Assembly: GCF_006345805.1 (NCBI RefSeq) | Contig: NC_043010.1 | Coordinates: forward strand, 21,948,001-22,012,000 | Direction of reading: 5' to 3' | DNA from: Octopus sinensis | Taxonomy: Eukaryota | DNA length: 64,000 nt | Shown: piece after piece, positions 25,548-37,537 of the stretch | How the letters are laid out: each line of letters opens with the position of its first letter | Position numbering within the stretch: position 1 is the first letter of the stretch | The notes under the pieces: model-generated | Databases searched by the model: none | Told to the model about the DNA's origin: nothing | What the model saw: only the letters and a program-made list of their open reading frames with translations | Made by a program: the position numbers and the translations under genes

Positions 25548-26114
25548 ATATATATATATTATATATATATATATGTATATATATACATATGTATGTGTGT
25601 ATCAAATACTGTCTGCAGCCAGTGAATTGTAATAAATATATCTTATTGTCTCCTCTGTGACATTTTTCTCTCTATATATCTATCGTTATATCTCTCTATC
25701 TATTTTTATCTCCCCTCGTTCCACCCACCCCTCTCTCTCTCTCTCATAGGTAAAGTTGTCTTACAAAAGTGCAATAATAGCAGCTAGCTTGCTTACTTGT
25801 TGTAACATTCTGTACTAGCGTACTACAGAGACTTAGACAATGCTCAGAACAGAACAACAAAAAGTAGACCAAAAATAAAGAAAAAGAATATGAATAATGG
25901 TTTAATAAAAAAAATGTTTCCATTCACTACATCTCTATTATATTCACTCTATATAATATTTCAAAATAAGAAAAAAAAACAAAAAATAAAATAGACAACA
26001 AGAAAATAACGAGTTATTTGCTGCAGACGTATGTATAGATGTATAATGATGGGAAGTAGGATAATATTTATGAAAAAAAGAACGATCGTAAAGTTTAATA
26101 AAAACAGTCACTAT

Positions 26115-26151
<37 letters not shown>

Positions 26152-26288
26152 ACACACAAACATGCACACACTCACAGACAATCACACAAACATTCATACA
26201 TACACACGCAGACTCTCACACACACGGAAATATTCATATATATATATATATATAGTTATATATGTATATGTATATATATGTATGTATG

Positions 26289-26338
<50 letters not shown>

Positions 26339-26352
26339 ATATAATATATATA

Positions 26353-26392
<40 letters not shown>

Positions 26393-26922
26393 ACGCAGAT
26401 TGTTAATATCTGATATGTTATACGTTTGTGCAGCAGCTCGTATGTGTAGAGTTATATTCTCAATCGTGTCTGTCTACACATATATGCAACACTATCCTGC
26501 ATACGAATGCGTAGTTATCTCGCTCTTTCATTTTTCCTCGCTCTCGTGATACCAACTTAGATATATTCATATACACATTACGCAAGCATACACACACACA
26601 TGCATACGCTCGTAAATTATATTGCTTATATGTGTGCGTGTATGAGTGTGTGTGTGTGTGTGTGTATGTGTAAGATGTGTGGAAAAATTGCAATATTTCG
26701 ATCATGTGATCCTAGTAATCCACAACGAGGAAAAAATCCCGACTTTAGAGAGTATAGAAAGCTGCTGTTTATCATCTCATTACAACATGATAAGAGCTTG
26801 TGTCTTCAGAAAATACTTCTCGCTGAAAATGAGTGCCTTAACGTCTTTGCAATATTAAAGAAGATAGTAAATACCAATGTTATTTATTTATTTATTATTA
26901 TTTTTTTCTGTATCCATCTATA

Positions 26923-27088
26923 GATGGCTGTGTTGTAAGAAGCTTGCTTCTCAACCGCATGGTTTCTGGTTCAGTTCCATTGCGTGTCACCTCGGGCAGG
27001 TGTCTTGTACTATAACCTTCCGTGCCGGCCAAAGCTTTGTAAGTGAATTTGGTAGACGGAAACAAAAGAAGCCTGTCGTATATGTCTG

Positions 27089-27167
<79 letters not shown>

Positions 27168-27197
27168 GTCTATATATATACATATATATATATGTGT

Positions 27198-27239
<42 letters not shown>

Positions 27240-27472
27240 ATTGTGTGTATATGTGTGTGTATTTGAGTGTTTGTGTCAATGTTTGTCCCTCCAGCATCAC
27301 TTGAAAACCGATCTTGGTAAGTTTATGTCCCCTTATCTTCTCGGTTCGGCAAGATTTATTGATTGAATGAGTAGCAGGCTTACAAGGAATACATCCATGT
27401 GTCGATTTCTTCGACTAAAAGGCGGTGCTCCATCATGGCCACAGACAAATGAGTGAAATAAGTAAAAGAATA
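26923..27472 (+). mobile_element. SINE family A with long internal microsatellite
   Basis: Head, body and tail all recognisable. Confidence 0.87.
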
Positions 27473-27502
27473 TATATACATGTGTGTTTGTGCGTGCGTG
27501 CG

Positions 27503-27535
<33 letters not shown>

Positions 27536-27957
27536 TTGTGTGTGTATTCAAATTGAGTGAGTGGAAGGCGTAAAATCCAAGCTACATTTGAATTCAGTAT
27601 GGATAGACGGATGAAATACCGAGGAGCGTTTTGTCCGACATGCTAATCTCAACGCCCATTACTATATCATAAAATAGTTTGAATATAACACCATGAGGTC
27701 TATTAACCTAACTTTACTTTTTGACAGGATATGAATAACAATGGACATCCCGCTGTTTAGGGTGATTGAGAATCGACTGAAGATATATGTCTGAAATATT
27801 ATTTCGCATCATATTTTGACCACCTCATTTCACATTCTCATCAATTTGCTCGACGTTCGTGATACACCTAGCGGAACATTTTGCAGAATCTGGAGGAAAC
27901 GAAACCGTAAATTGAAAACGCACCATGACAGTGCTTTAATATATATTTCGTTTAAAA

Positions 27958-28028
27958 CTCCGCCCACATTGTCCCTTGCGACTAAAGTCAAACCTACGTG
28001 CCATAACGCAACCAATCGACTGTATATA
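27958..28028 (+). promoter_or_regulatory. Candidate core promoter motif cluster
   Basis: CTCCGCCCAC 27958-67, TACGTG 27995-28000, CCAAT 28012-16 and TATATA 28023-28 in apparently unique sequence; no transcript evidence. Confidence 0.25.
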
Positions 28029-30219
28029 CCCTTGTTCTACTAAAACTAGATTTTCTGCATGAGCAAATAAATTATTATTTATTTTGTTATGAACAAAATG
28101 CCTCGTGGGTATAAAATAATGACCTCGCACATCGTCGGTAAATATTCTGTTGCAGGAGACGTGTTGGAGCCCAAGGCAGGACACTTCATTCTACTTGCAC
28201 AATGCTTCGTTTTTAATTAAGAAAATTACAAAAGTCTACTGCCGAGATACAATGAAGGAGCGGATAATTATTCGGACTTGTGGCCAAGCCACTTAATTCT
28301 GCTTAAGTAGGTTTCATGCTTAATTAAGAAACTGTTATTTACTCAGCAACAGATCTGCTTAATGTAAACAACAGGATTTTGGAAAACTATCAGCCATTAA
28401 TATAAAATATTCTAGCGTACGACGGTTGCTTAAGTTATTAAGATATTGCCATAATGATCGGGGGATTGTAAGTTCATGGTTAGAGTCAGAGGATAAGCTG
28501 GATTCCTGCTAAAGATTATGAAGCTCTTAATAGCCACAAGTACTTATCACTAGCTGGTAACATAAGCAATGGCACAGATTACTGCTGTCTAATGAATGCT
28601 TGCTTATAAAATTTAATTGCCAAAGTTCTGTTCAAAGCATCGTCATTTCAAAAGTAACTTTGCATCGCAAACGTTTATTTATCTTTTATTATTACACAGA
28701 ACTTTGTACAATCTATTTGAAATATTGAAACAGAAATCTCTGGTGCCAATGCTCAATTTAGTGCGAGAAAATTATGAAAAGACTTATATATTGGCAAATG
28801 GCTTGCGTTGATTATGTCTGGACTCTATGGAAATGCGAATGTATGTCAGACATTAATCCAAGTATTCCTCATCTTTTGTGGAACCGCAGTGAGTTATTAG
28901 ATTTTCTTACATAAAACAACTATAGTATATGTCACATACACTGTGACTTGTTTTAAAATACATATTTTTCTCGAGCTCTAGGACTCGCAGGTTCGTTTCC
29001 ATGGCGAGGAAGTGAATGAGATCAAAACATACCCCTTAAATGGGACACCGGTTCGTCGCAGCGACTAAGGTTGACAATTCTTTTGGTGGTGATGGTGGTG
29101 GTGGTGATGAGGCATGCAAGTCGATCAAATGGATCTCCATATTTCATTGACCGATTCGACCTCAGCATAAATTCGACCGATTCGACCTTTATAGCGTAAA
29201 GTGCCGGAAGAAATTTCACTAAGCATTTTATCAGGAGTGCTAACGATTCTTCCTGGTCCCTGCCTTAGACGATAAACTACACAGTGTATAATCTAAGGCA
29301 TGTTAATAAAGCATGCATTTCGTGTAGTCTGCCTGGACTCCAAAATTTAACACACACAGTACTGAATTACCGCCTGATGGAGCTTGGCTGTTGGTATATG
29401 AATTTCCCTGTGAACATGTGAGTTTCCTCTCACAGGGAAGAATTCTAGATAGTCAAGTACAGTTATGGAAGAATATCGTGAGATTATATTGTCTTACAAA
29501 ATGCACGTTGTCAGTGAAATTCAAAATACGATCACAATTTCTGTGCAGCTTTCAACGGAATATTTCACTGCATTTCACAATGCATAACTACGATTAAGTA
29601 ACACAGATTTATTGTCAATTGGGGCCGTTCAAATTGATAAGATATTTTCTTCAATATAACCAACGGACAAATCAACATAGAACTCATTGTGGTGTCTCTA
29701 TCCACCCCCAGCGGCCTGCAGGTAAGGGTTTCTCTTTCGAGAAGCAGTTAAGCGTAAGAAGTTCTACTAAGTAGAGAGGAGTGAAGATTCTACGTGAAAG
29801 ATAAGTATTGTGGTTGAGGAAATATTGTAAAGCGGGAAAGCCAGCATTGTGAGGTGTAGTTGTGCATGGCGGGGGGAAAATAAGGAGTTCAAGGAGACTT
29901 GACAAAGATACAAGTCAGGTGAAACAGAACTTTGCAATTATTGATATCAATACTGCTTCGAAATAAATGTATGATTATCACAGAATCCCATGACGTTTTC
30001 TGAAATCACCTGAAGCATAATCCTAAATTTAATACCATAATCCTTATCCATCCAACTCCGTTCATTACCAGAAGCAGCTTCATCAAGTTAGATGTAACAC
30101 AGCATAATTATTTATTTGAGTACACGCACACAAATGTATGTTTGTGTATATACAGACACACATACATACATACGCACATACATACATACATATATGTATG
30201 AATGTAAATAGTATATATA

Positions 30220-31504
30220 CGAGGGGCGTTCAATAAGTAATGCCCCTGACCCACTTCCCATAGAAGTAGAGCAACGAAACTTGGTACAGTTATTAGTCTT
30301 TTTCTACATAGGAACCAAACCACCCAGAGTTACGCATTTCTCCCATCGTTTGATGCAGCTCTGAAGACCGTTTTTGTAGAAGACCCCAGCTTGGTCCTCC
30401 AACCACGACGTGACTTCAGTAATCAAGGCTGTATCATCTGGGAAACGCTTTCCTTTCAAAAACAACTTCATGGCTGGGAAGAGGTGAAAATCAGAGGGTG
30501 CAGGTCAGGAGATGGCGGATGAGTTCATAGCCGCACGCCTGTGCTTCTGATCTGGCGACACGCGAGTTGTGGATCGGAGCGTTGTCCTGCAGGAGGAGGA
30601 TGCCTTTGCTGATCTTGTTCCGCCTCTTGATTTTGATAGCTTCTCTTAATTTCCTCAAAAGTGAAGCATAATAGACTCCTGTAATTGTGGCACCCTTTGC
30701 CAAGAAATCTGTCATCACTACTCCGTCCTGGTCCCAGAAGACTGTGAGCATGACCTTGCCAGCGGAGGGCTGCACCCTTGCCTTCTTTGGAGGAGCTGAG
30801 TCACGGTGTTTCCACTGCATTGACTGGGCTTTGGTCTCTGAATCATAGTGATGGACCCAGGTTTCATCCTGTGTAATCAGTCTTTTGAAAAATTTGGACT
30901 CATCTTCTTGGCACATTTTCAAATTCATCCTCGCGCTATCGACGCGTTCTTGCTTCTGGAAAGGTGTGAGCAGCCTGGGAATCCATCTGGCAGACACCTT
31001 TTACATATGCAAATGGTCATGAATGATAGTTTCCACAGACCCGGTACTAATCTTGACCTCATGGGCTATTTGGCGAATAGTTATGCGTCGATCTTCCAAA
31101 ATGGCAGCCTCAACTTGACGGACAAATGCCTCATCAATGGCAGAAGGGGGCGACCAGATCTGGGAGCTGTTTCCACAAAGTTCCGACCATGTTTGAATTA
31201 ACGATGCCAGCGTTTTACAAGGTCATATGATGGGGCATCATCACCATAAGTTACTTTTATTTCATCAAAAGTCTCCCGTGGTGTGCGTCCTTCAAATACA
31301 AAAATCGGATCACTGCTCGACACTCAACAGGCTCCGTTTCACACTTGACTCAGTTCAAACACCTGTAAATCAGAAACCACAATTAGTTCAGAGCCGTAAT
31401 TTGCCACTTAATCTATAGAGATATAGGTCATTAGACATGCAAAATTTCAGTTAGATCAAACCACTGCAAGTGGGTCAGAGGCATTACTTATTGAACGCCC
31501 CTCG
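30220..31504 (-). mobile_element. Full-length mariner transposon (1285 bp), transposase pseudogenised
   Basis: 37-bp TIRs (30220-30256 and 31468-31504, 1 mismatch) and TA duplication. Transposase about 31337-30293 with WIPRLLT, TQDETWVHHYD, LLQDNAPIH and a frameshifted SPDLAPSDF; start codon reads ACG. Confidence 0.96.
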
Positions 31505-31579
31505 TATGCATGTACATATATGTATATATATAAATACTACAAGCATGCATACGTAGATACGTAAACACGTATACACACA

Positions 31580-31735
31580 CACGTGTATTGCAGGAAGAAT
31601 GAGTGAGAGGAATTTTTGGTGAAAGAGCACCCCCCCCCCGCCGAAACCTCATGAACGCCCAGTCTAAGAATCGACACGGCGATTCTACGTCTGCGAGTCC
31701 GCTGTACTAACCACTGGTCCATTGCGCCTCCACAT
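31580..31735 (-). mobile_element. SINE family C head
   Basis: Reverse complement GGAGGCGCAATGGACCAGTGGTTAG...GTGTCGATTC, tRNA-like. Confidence 0.8.
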
Positions 31736-31768
31736 ATGTACATACATACACACACACACACACACACA

Positions 31769-31849
<81 letters not shown>

Positions 31850-32149
31850 ATATATATAATATATATATATATATAGATATATATATATATAATATATAGA
31901 TATATATATAGATATATATATACATATGCCTCTTACTCGGATTTTCAGAAATTTTGCATGTCTGTATCCGAACATTTCTTCATACAACTTGATCAAATAT
32001 CCAATATGAGCTATATGTAGACATGCATAAATTCTATAGGTTTAAAACCTTTCATCAGATCTCCATTAATCGAACTTGCTTCAATGCAGTTAATCCTACA
32101 ACCTCTTTTATATCTACGCCTTTTGATGTTTGGGAATTCTCTGATATTT

Positions 32150-32237
32150 TTTCGGCTGACGAGTACGAGCCATCTGTATTCACTGCATTTTTTGTAGCTT
32201 ATTAAAGATGTCCTCGTACGAAACGATCGTACCGAGA
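32150..32237 (+). ncRNA. Canonical type I hammerhead ribozyme
   Basis: Stem I UUUCGG/CCGAGA, core CUGACGA (32156-62), stem II GUACGAG/CUCGUAC (7 bp, G10.1-C11.1), GAAAC (32220-24), palindromic GAUC loop, GUA triplet (32229-31). Confidence 0.85.
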
Positions 32238-32386
32238 TTTTAATCCATTCTTGTTGCTTTTTTTCCTATTTATAATCACCCCAACTTGTCGTATGGCTAA
32301 CACCATATAGATATCTGGTGCATCCTAGTTAAGGACCATATTCATGTGAATTCTTTAGAATTCACTAGAATCTCAATTACTTAACC

Positions 32387-32436
<50 letters not shown>

Positions 32437-32507
32437 TGTGTGTGTGTGTGTGTGTGTTGTGGTGGAGATTCTCCCCATATCTCCACACACACACACACAC
32501 ACACATA

Positions 32508-32881
32508 TGGAGGCGCAATGGCCCAGTGGTTAAGACAGCGGACTCGCAGTCGTAGGATCACCGTTTCGATTCCCATATCGAGAGTTGTAAGTGTTTATTG
32601 GACCCAAACACCTAAAGCTTCACGAGGCGCCGGCAGTGGGTGGTGGCGAACCATGCTGTACACATTCACTACAACTTTCCTTCGCTCCATCTTCCTGTTT
32701 CTGTTGTACCTGTATTTCAAAGGGCCAGCTTTGTTACACACTTTGTGTCACGCTGAAAATCTCTGAGAACTACTATACGTGTCTGTGGAGTGGTCAACCA
32801 CTTGCACGTGAATTTCACGTGCAAGCTGCTACGTTGATCATATCAATTGGAACCCTCGTCGTCGTGACCGACAGAGCGCCA

Positions 32882-32885
<4 letters not shown>
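32508..32885 (+). mobile_element. SINE family C, full length, between microsatellites
   Basis: GGAGGCGCAATGGCCCAGTGGTTAAG...GTTTCGATTCCC head; internal palindrome 32801-32825. Confidence 0.85.
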
Positions 32886-32931
<46 letters not shown>

Positions 32932-33013
32932 GTATAAATTTATAAATAAGGATAATATCGGTATTTAAATATAGATGTTATCAAGTGGCCTGCATGGGAA
33001 TAAATATCAAGTG

Positions 33014-33563
33014 AATAATTATATAAAACTATAAATTAGGGTATCTGGGAGATACCACCATGCTGAAATTGCAGTCAAAACCTTGACCCTAAAGCCATCT
33101 TAAATGTTCATATAGCGCAAGGACAGAAGACAGAGAGACAAAATAAACTAGCAAAAGATATTGTCGAAGATACGTCTCGCTTTTATCCTTCGAAACGTAG
33201 AGTAGATGAAACCTTAGCGACTGAAGAAGGGGTTTTTTCGTTGTGTTAATTGCCCTGTACTCCATTTTTTGTGGTTTTTAAAAAAATGTCCAGTTCCTTT
33301 GGTTTGTGTCTATGTTTTCGTTTCTCTTTGTGTTCGACGTCCCTTTGGTGTCCTGTACTCATATATGCGTGTATATGTACATGTAGAGGTAGGTACGTAC
33401 ATATATGTTTATATATATGCATATGTTTTATTTCATTTATTAATATATATATATATATATATCTTTTTATCATTTAAGATGGCTTTAGGGTCAAGGTTTT
33501 GACTGCTATTTCAGCATGGTGGTATCTCCCAAATACCCTAATTTATAGTTTTAAATAATTATT
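33014..33563. mobile_element. Foldback/MITE with 93-bp inverted repeats
   Basis: 33014-33106 matches the reverse complement of 33471-33563 with 3 mismatches; the interior includes a relative of the 37213-37470 arm. Confidence 0.8.
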
Positions 33564-33598
33564 ACCTTTGTATGGTATATATACATATATATATATAT

Positions 33599-33687
<89 letters not shown>

Positions 33688-33964
33688 AGATACAGAGCTA
33701 TAGATGTGTATATAGAAAGAGGGAGTTAGAGATAATTAATCAGGAAAATAAATTTATCATTTTATGATAACATCATAAATTATAAGATATTTACATTTGC
33801 CGCACGAGGGAATACTCGTATGTCAAGTTGTAATCGTTACGTAGGCGATTGCGTAATCGCATTAGCAATTCTTGGTTTGCTCCCACACCAACGCACATAC
33901 ATGAACGCGCACACGCACCCACACATTCAGTCGCACACTCGCACGCATATATATATTCTTATAT

Positions 33965-34372
33965 TCTTTTATTGTTTTACTTGTTTCAATCATTTGACTG
34001 CGGCTATGCTGGAGCACCGCCTTTAGTTGAACAAATCGACCCCAGAACTTATTCTTTGTAAGCCTAGTTCTCATTTTAGCGTTTTCTTTTACTGAACGAC
34101 TAAGTTACGGCGAAGTAAACACACCAGCATCGGTTGTCAAGCGATAGTGGGGGTACAAACACAGACACACTCACACACACATGTGTATATACATATGTAT
34201 GTATATATATCCGACGTGCTTCTTTCAGTTTCCGTCTACCAAATCCACACACAAGGCTTTCATCGGCCCGAGGCTATAGTAGAAGACACTTGCCCAAGAT
34301 GCCATGCAGTGGGACTGAACCTGGAACCATGTGGTTGGGAACTAAGCTTTTTCCCACACAGCCACTCCTGAG
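33965..34372 (-). mobile_element. SINE family A, full length
   Basis: Tail, body and AGGAGTGGCTGTGTGG head on the minus strand. Confidence 0.9.
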
Positions 34373-35224
34373 TCTATATATATGTATGTAGGTTTAGATA
34401 AATACATTTATAGATAGGAAAAAGAGAATTTCCTACTAAGGGGTGAGGACCATTTTGAATATAGATACGGTGGCCGGCATATTTATTCTTATTACATCCC
34501 GACAGACTTGAGTGTCAAATATTCGAATGGCCGATGTGTACGTCATAGTAGAGCAACTTTTGTTACGACGACAATATTTTCATAACACACTACACTCATT
34601 GATGCAAGGGATTCTGGTATACCGGTGTTTCGAAATGTTGGGTGGGTCTGCTCTGCAAGAAGCACAGCCGACCTTTTGAGTTCGGTGGCTTTGTTTGTAA
34701 TTTGAGCGAGAATAGTCTGAGAAAAATTCTTTTGATTGAGTGGATTTTGGAAAAGCACGCACATCGCATTCATTATCTGATCTTTGACTCGAAATAAAAG
34801 TCATTTGCGTGTTTAGTCAAATAAAAACGAATATTTATATCCCAACTCAAGTATATTGATAACGGTAGAAGGAGTGGAAGAAAGAGAGAGAGGAGGGGAG
34901 ATAGGGATGTAGAAAAATGAAAGAGGGAAAGGAAAAAACAAAAGAAAAGAAGAAGGGAAGAAAGTGAGATTCATGGAATGGGATACTTGTAACTTAGATG
35001 GACCGATAGTCCCACCAATGTCATCAATGAGACTACTGAACAACGAATACCGCCCTGAAACAGCTGACCTTCATAGAAATTCCTTCGGCAAAATCTCATA
35101 TTCAGGTTTCAATGAGCGAACAATAATTGAGAAAGTAAACGCATGGATTAGGATTTAGTTTTATCTTTTATCTTTATCTTGTTTACGTCATTAAACCGCA
35201 GACATGATGAAGAATTTTTACTGA

Positions 35225-35525
35225 AATGAATTTACCCCAGTCGATGTACTTTAAAGTCTGGTACTTATTCTATTGATCTTTGGTCAAACCGCTAGGTTAC
35301 GAGAACATAACACCAACACCCGTTGTCAAACGGGTGTTGTGGGACACGCAAGCAGAAAGCTACATACACACACACGCGCACACTCACAGATACATATATA
35401 CGACTGGCTTCTTTCAGTTTCTGTTTACCAAATCCACTCGGAAATCTTTAGTCGGCCCGGGGCTATAGTGAAAGGTGTCACGCAGTGGTACTGAACCCGG
35501 AACCATGTAGGTGGGAAGCAAGCAT
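35225..35525 (-). mobile_element. SINE family A, partial
   Basis: Body and part of the head on the minus strand. Confidence 0.75.
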
Positions 35526-36170
35526 GACGCTGCAAAATAAAGGTGACAATGTGTAAAGGATGGTTCTTCAAGTTGCAATCCAGCAACTTTTAGTGTTTGG
35601 CCCTGACTTTTATTAATCCTCATGCGGATAGGAAACTGTAACAGCTAAAAACTGGAATGGGACATTAGATGGCATAACTGGTATGCGAGGAATCAAGACG
35701 GTCTCACCTTTACCAGAACCAGTGATAATATTTGTCTCAATGCTGTTCCTCATAAGTTTGTACACAATCTTGTGCCATTGCATAATTTTGGTTGAGAGAA
35801 ATTACGCAATAGCATAATTGGCGGCCTTTGTTTCAGCTGAAGACAATGAGGAGCTGTACCTGGTGGTTCTAGTGAGTTCAAAAATTCGATGGGGTGGTCA
35901 ACACAATCCTGATATTCAACAACACTGTCAATTGAGTTATAAGTAAACCTTTCTTCTGGAAGTTTATTCAATAGCATATGATTAATGCTATGCACTGCAA
36001 CAATTTTTGGAGTCAGGATAGGTGGCTGACAGATCCAGTCTGTATTGTTCTGCTGATGAACAGGATTAAGAAGATTTCATCCACCAAATCATCGACGGAA
36101 TGGGTTGGATTACATATTGGATTGAGTGTAAGAAACTGTTCTTCATCAATTGGACGTCTCCATTCACCGA
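35526..36170 (-). pseudogene. Helitron-type Pif1 helicase C-terminal fragment (decayed)
   Basis: PIEFLNSLEPPGTAPH.LQLK..PIMLLRN...PKLCNGTRL, then VPRIPV..SN and RINKSQGQTLKVAGL.LEEP.FTH; multiple frameshifts. Confidence 0.88.
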
Positions 36171-36469
36171 GAATGGAAGTGAGAAAGAGAGAGAGAGAGA
36201 GAGAGGGGGGGGGCTAGGAAAATAGACAGATAATGAAGAAAGAAAATCATAGAGAGATGGTGTCTGGTTTTAGTTTCACTTTGCGGGTCAAAGAAAGAGA
36301 AAGAATTTCGTTGACGTAGCATGGTGGAGAGATAGACAGTCAGACAGGCAGAGAATATATAGAGGTATAGAGGAGACATCGAAATAAAATCATACAAAAA
36401 TGGTTTCTGATTTTAGTTTCACATTGTGGGACAATTAGACAAACAGACAATCTCTCTTATACATAGATA

Positions 36470-36748
36470 TATATATCACGTGGTCACGTGATATATCACG
36501 TGACCGGCCAGGCCATCGGATGTTGCTACACATCGCTGGTCACAATGCGCTTCGCATTGTTTTAGCCACCTCGCTGGCTAAGCGAGCAGGCCAACAGAAG
36601 AAAGATTGAGAGAAAGTTGTGGCGAAAGAGTACAGCAGGGATCACCACCACCCCCTACCGGAGCCTCGTGGAGATTTAGGTATTTTCGCTCAATAAACAC
36701 TCACAACGCCCGGTCTGGGAATCGAAACAGCGAGTCCGCTTCCCTAAC
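36470..36748 (-). mobile_element. SINE family C (second tail type)
   Basis: Homologous to 40630-40915 and 52050-52195; ends in the palindrome at 36482-36505. Confidence 0.8.
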
Positions 36749-36761
36749 CACTCAGCCTCCA

Positions 36762-36809
<48 letters not shown>

Positions 36810-36863
36810 ATAAAAACTTGGAGAAGAGAAACAACGCGTGCGATCGGTCATATAGTAATATAA

Positions 36864-36943
36864 TAAATAAATAAAATGTATGCATATATACATACATATA
36901 TGTAACATACTTACATCTACAGGTATATATACATGCATATATA

Positions 36944-36975
<32 letters not shown>

Positions 36976-37459
36976 GTGAGTACAGGACACCACAAATAAA
37001 CGTAGAACACAACGAGAGACGAGAACATAAAATCAAACAAGGAAACGACCTTTTTTTAAACACGAAAAAAAACAGAGTACAGGACAAACAATACAAGGAA
37101 AATTCCCCTTCATCAGCTGTCCTGGTTCAACTCAAAGTGTGTTCGAAGGTAAGGACAGACACAGTCGAAACAGTCCTTCCTGCAAACGGGGGGTAAAACA
37201 AGTGACAAAAACAGCTGATGAAGGGGAATTTTCCTTGTATTGTTTGTCCTGTACTCTGTTTTTAGGTTGTTTAAAAAAGTCGGTTTCCTTGTATGATTTC
37301 ATGTTCTCGTCTCTCGTGTGTTCTACGTTTATTTGTGGTGTCCTGTACTCATATAATTATATAATATATATATAATATATATATATGCATGTATATATAC
37401 ATGTAGATGTAAGTATGTACATATATGTATGTATATATGTATATATTCTATTTATTTAT

Positions 37460-37470
<11 letters not shown>
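36864..37470. mobile_element. Foldback element with ~255-bp inverted arms and ~90-bp spacer inside (TA)n
   Basis: 36864-37120 is the approximate reverse complement of 37211-37470, e.g. gagtacaggacaccacaaataaacgtagaacac vs gtgttctacgtttatttgtggtgtcctgtactc. Confidence 0.88.

Positions 37471-37537
<67 letters not shown>

Noticed and set aside
27770-27815. CTGAAGA...GAAAT as a hammerhead (similar partial hits near 4100, 39160, 44960 and 55190)
   Set aside because: Stem II and/or stem III with the NUH triplet cannot be formed.
32508-32575. tRNA-like sequences at SINE heads (also 40630, 44460-44520, 51300 and 62350)
   Set aside because: A/B boxes are present, but there is no complete cloverleaf and each continues into a SINE body; not called as tRNA genes.
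34543-35158. 60-76 aa ORFs in unique sequence
   Set aside because: No motif, no consistent splice pattern, and lengths expected by chance.
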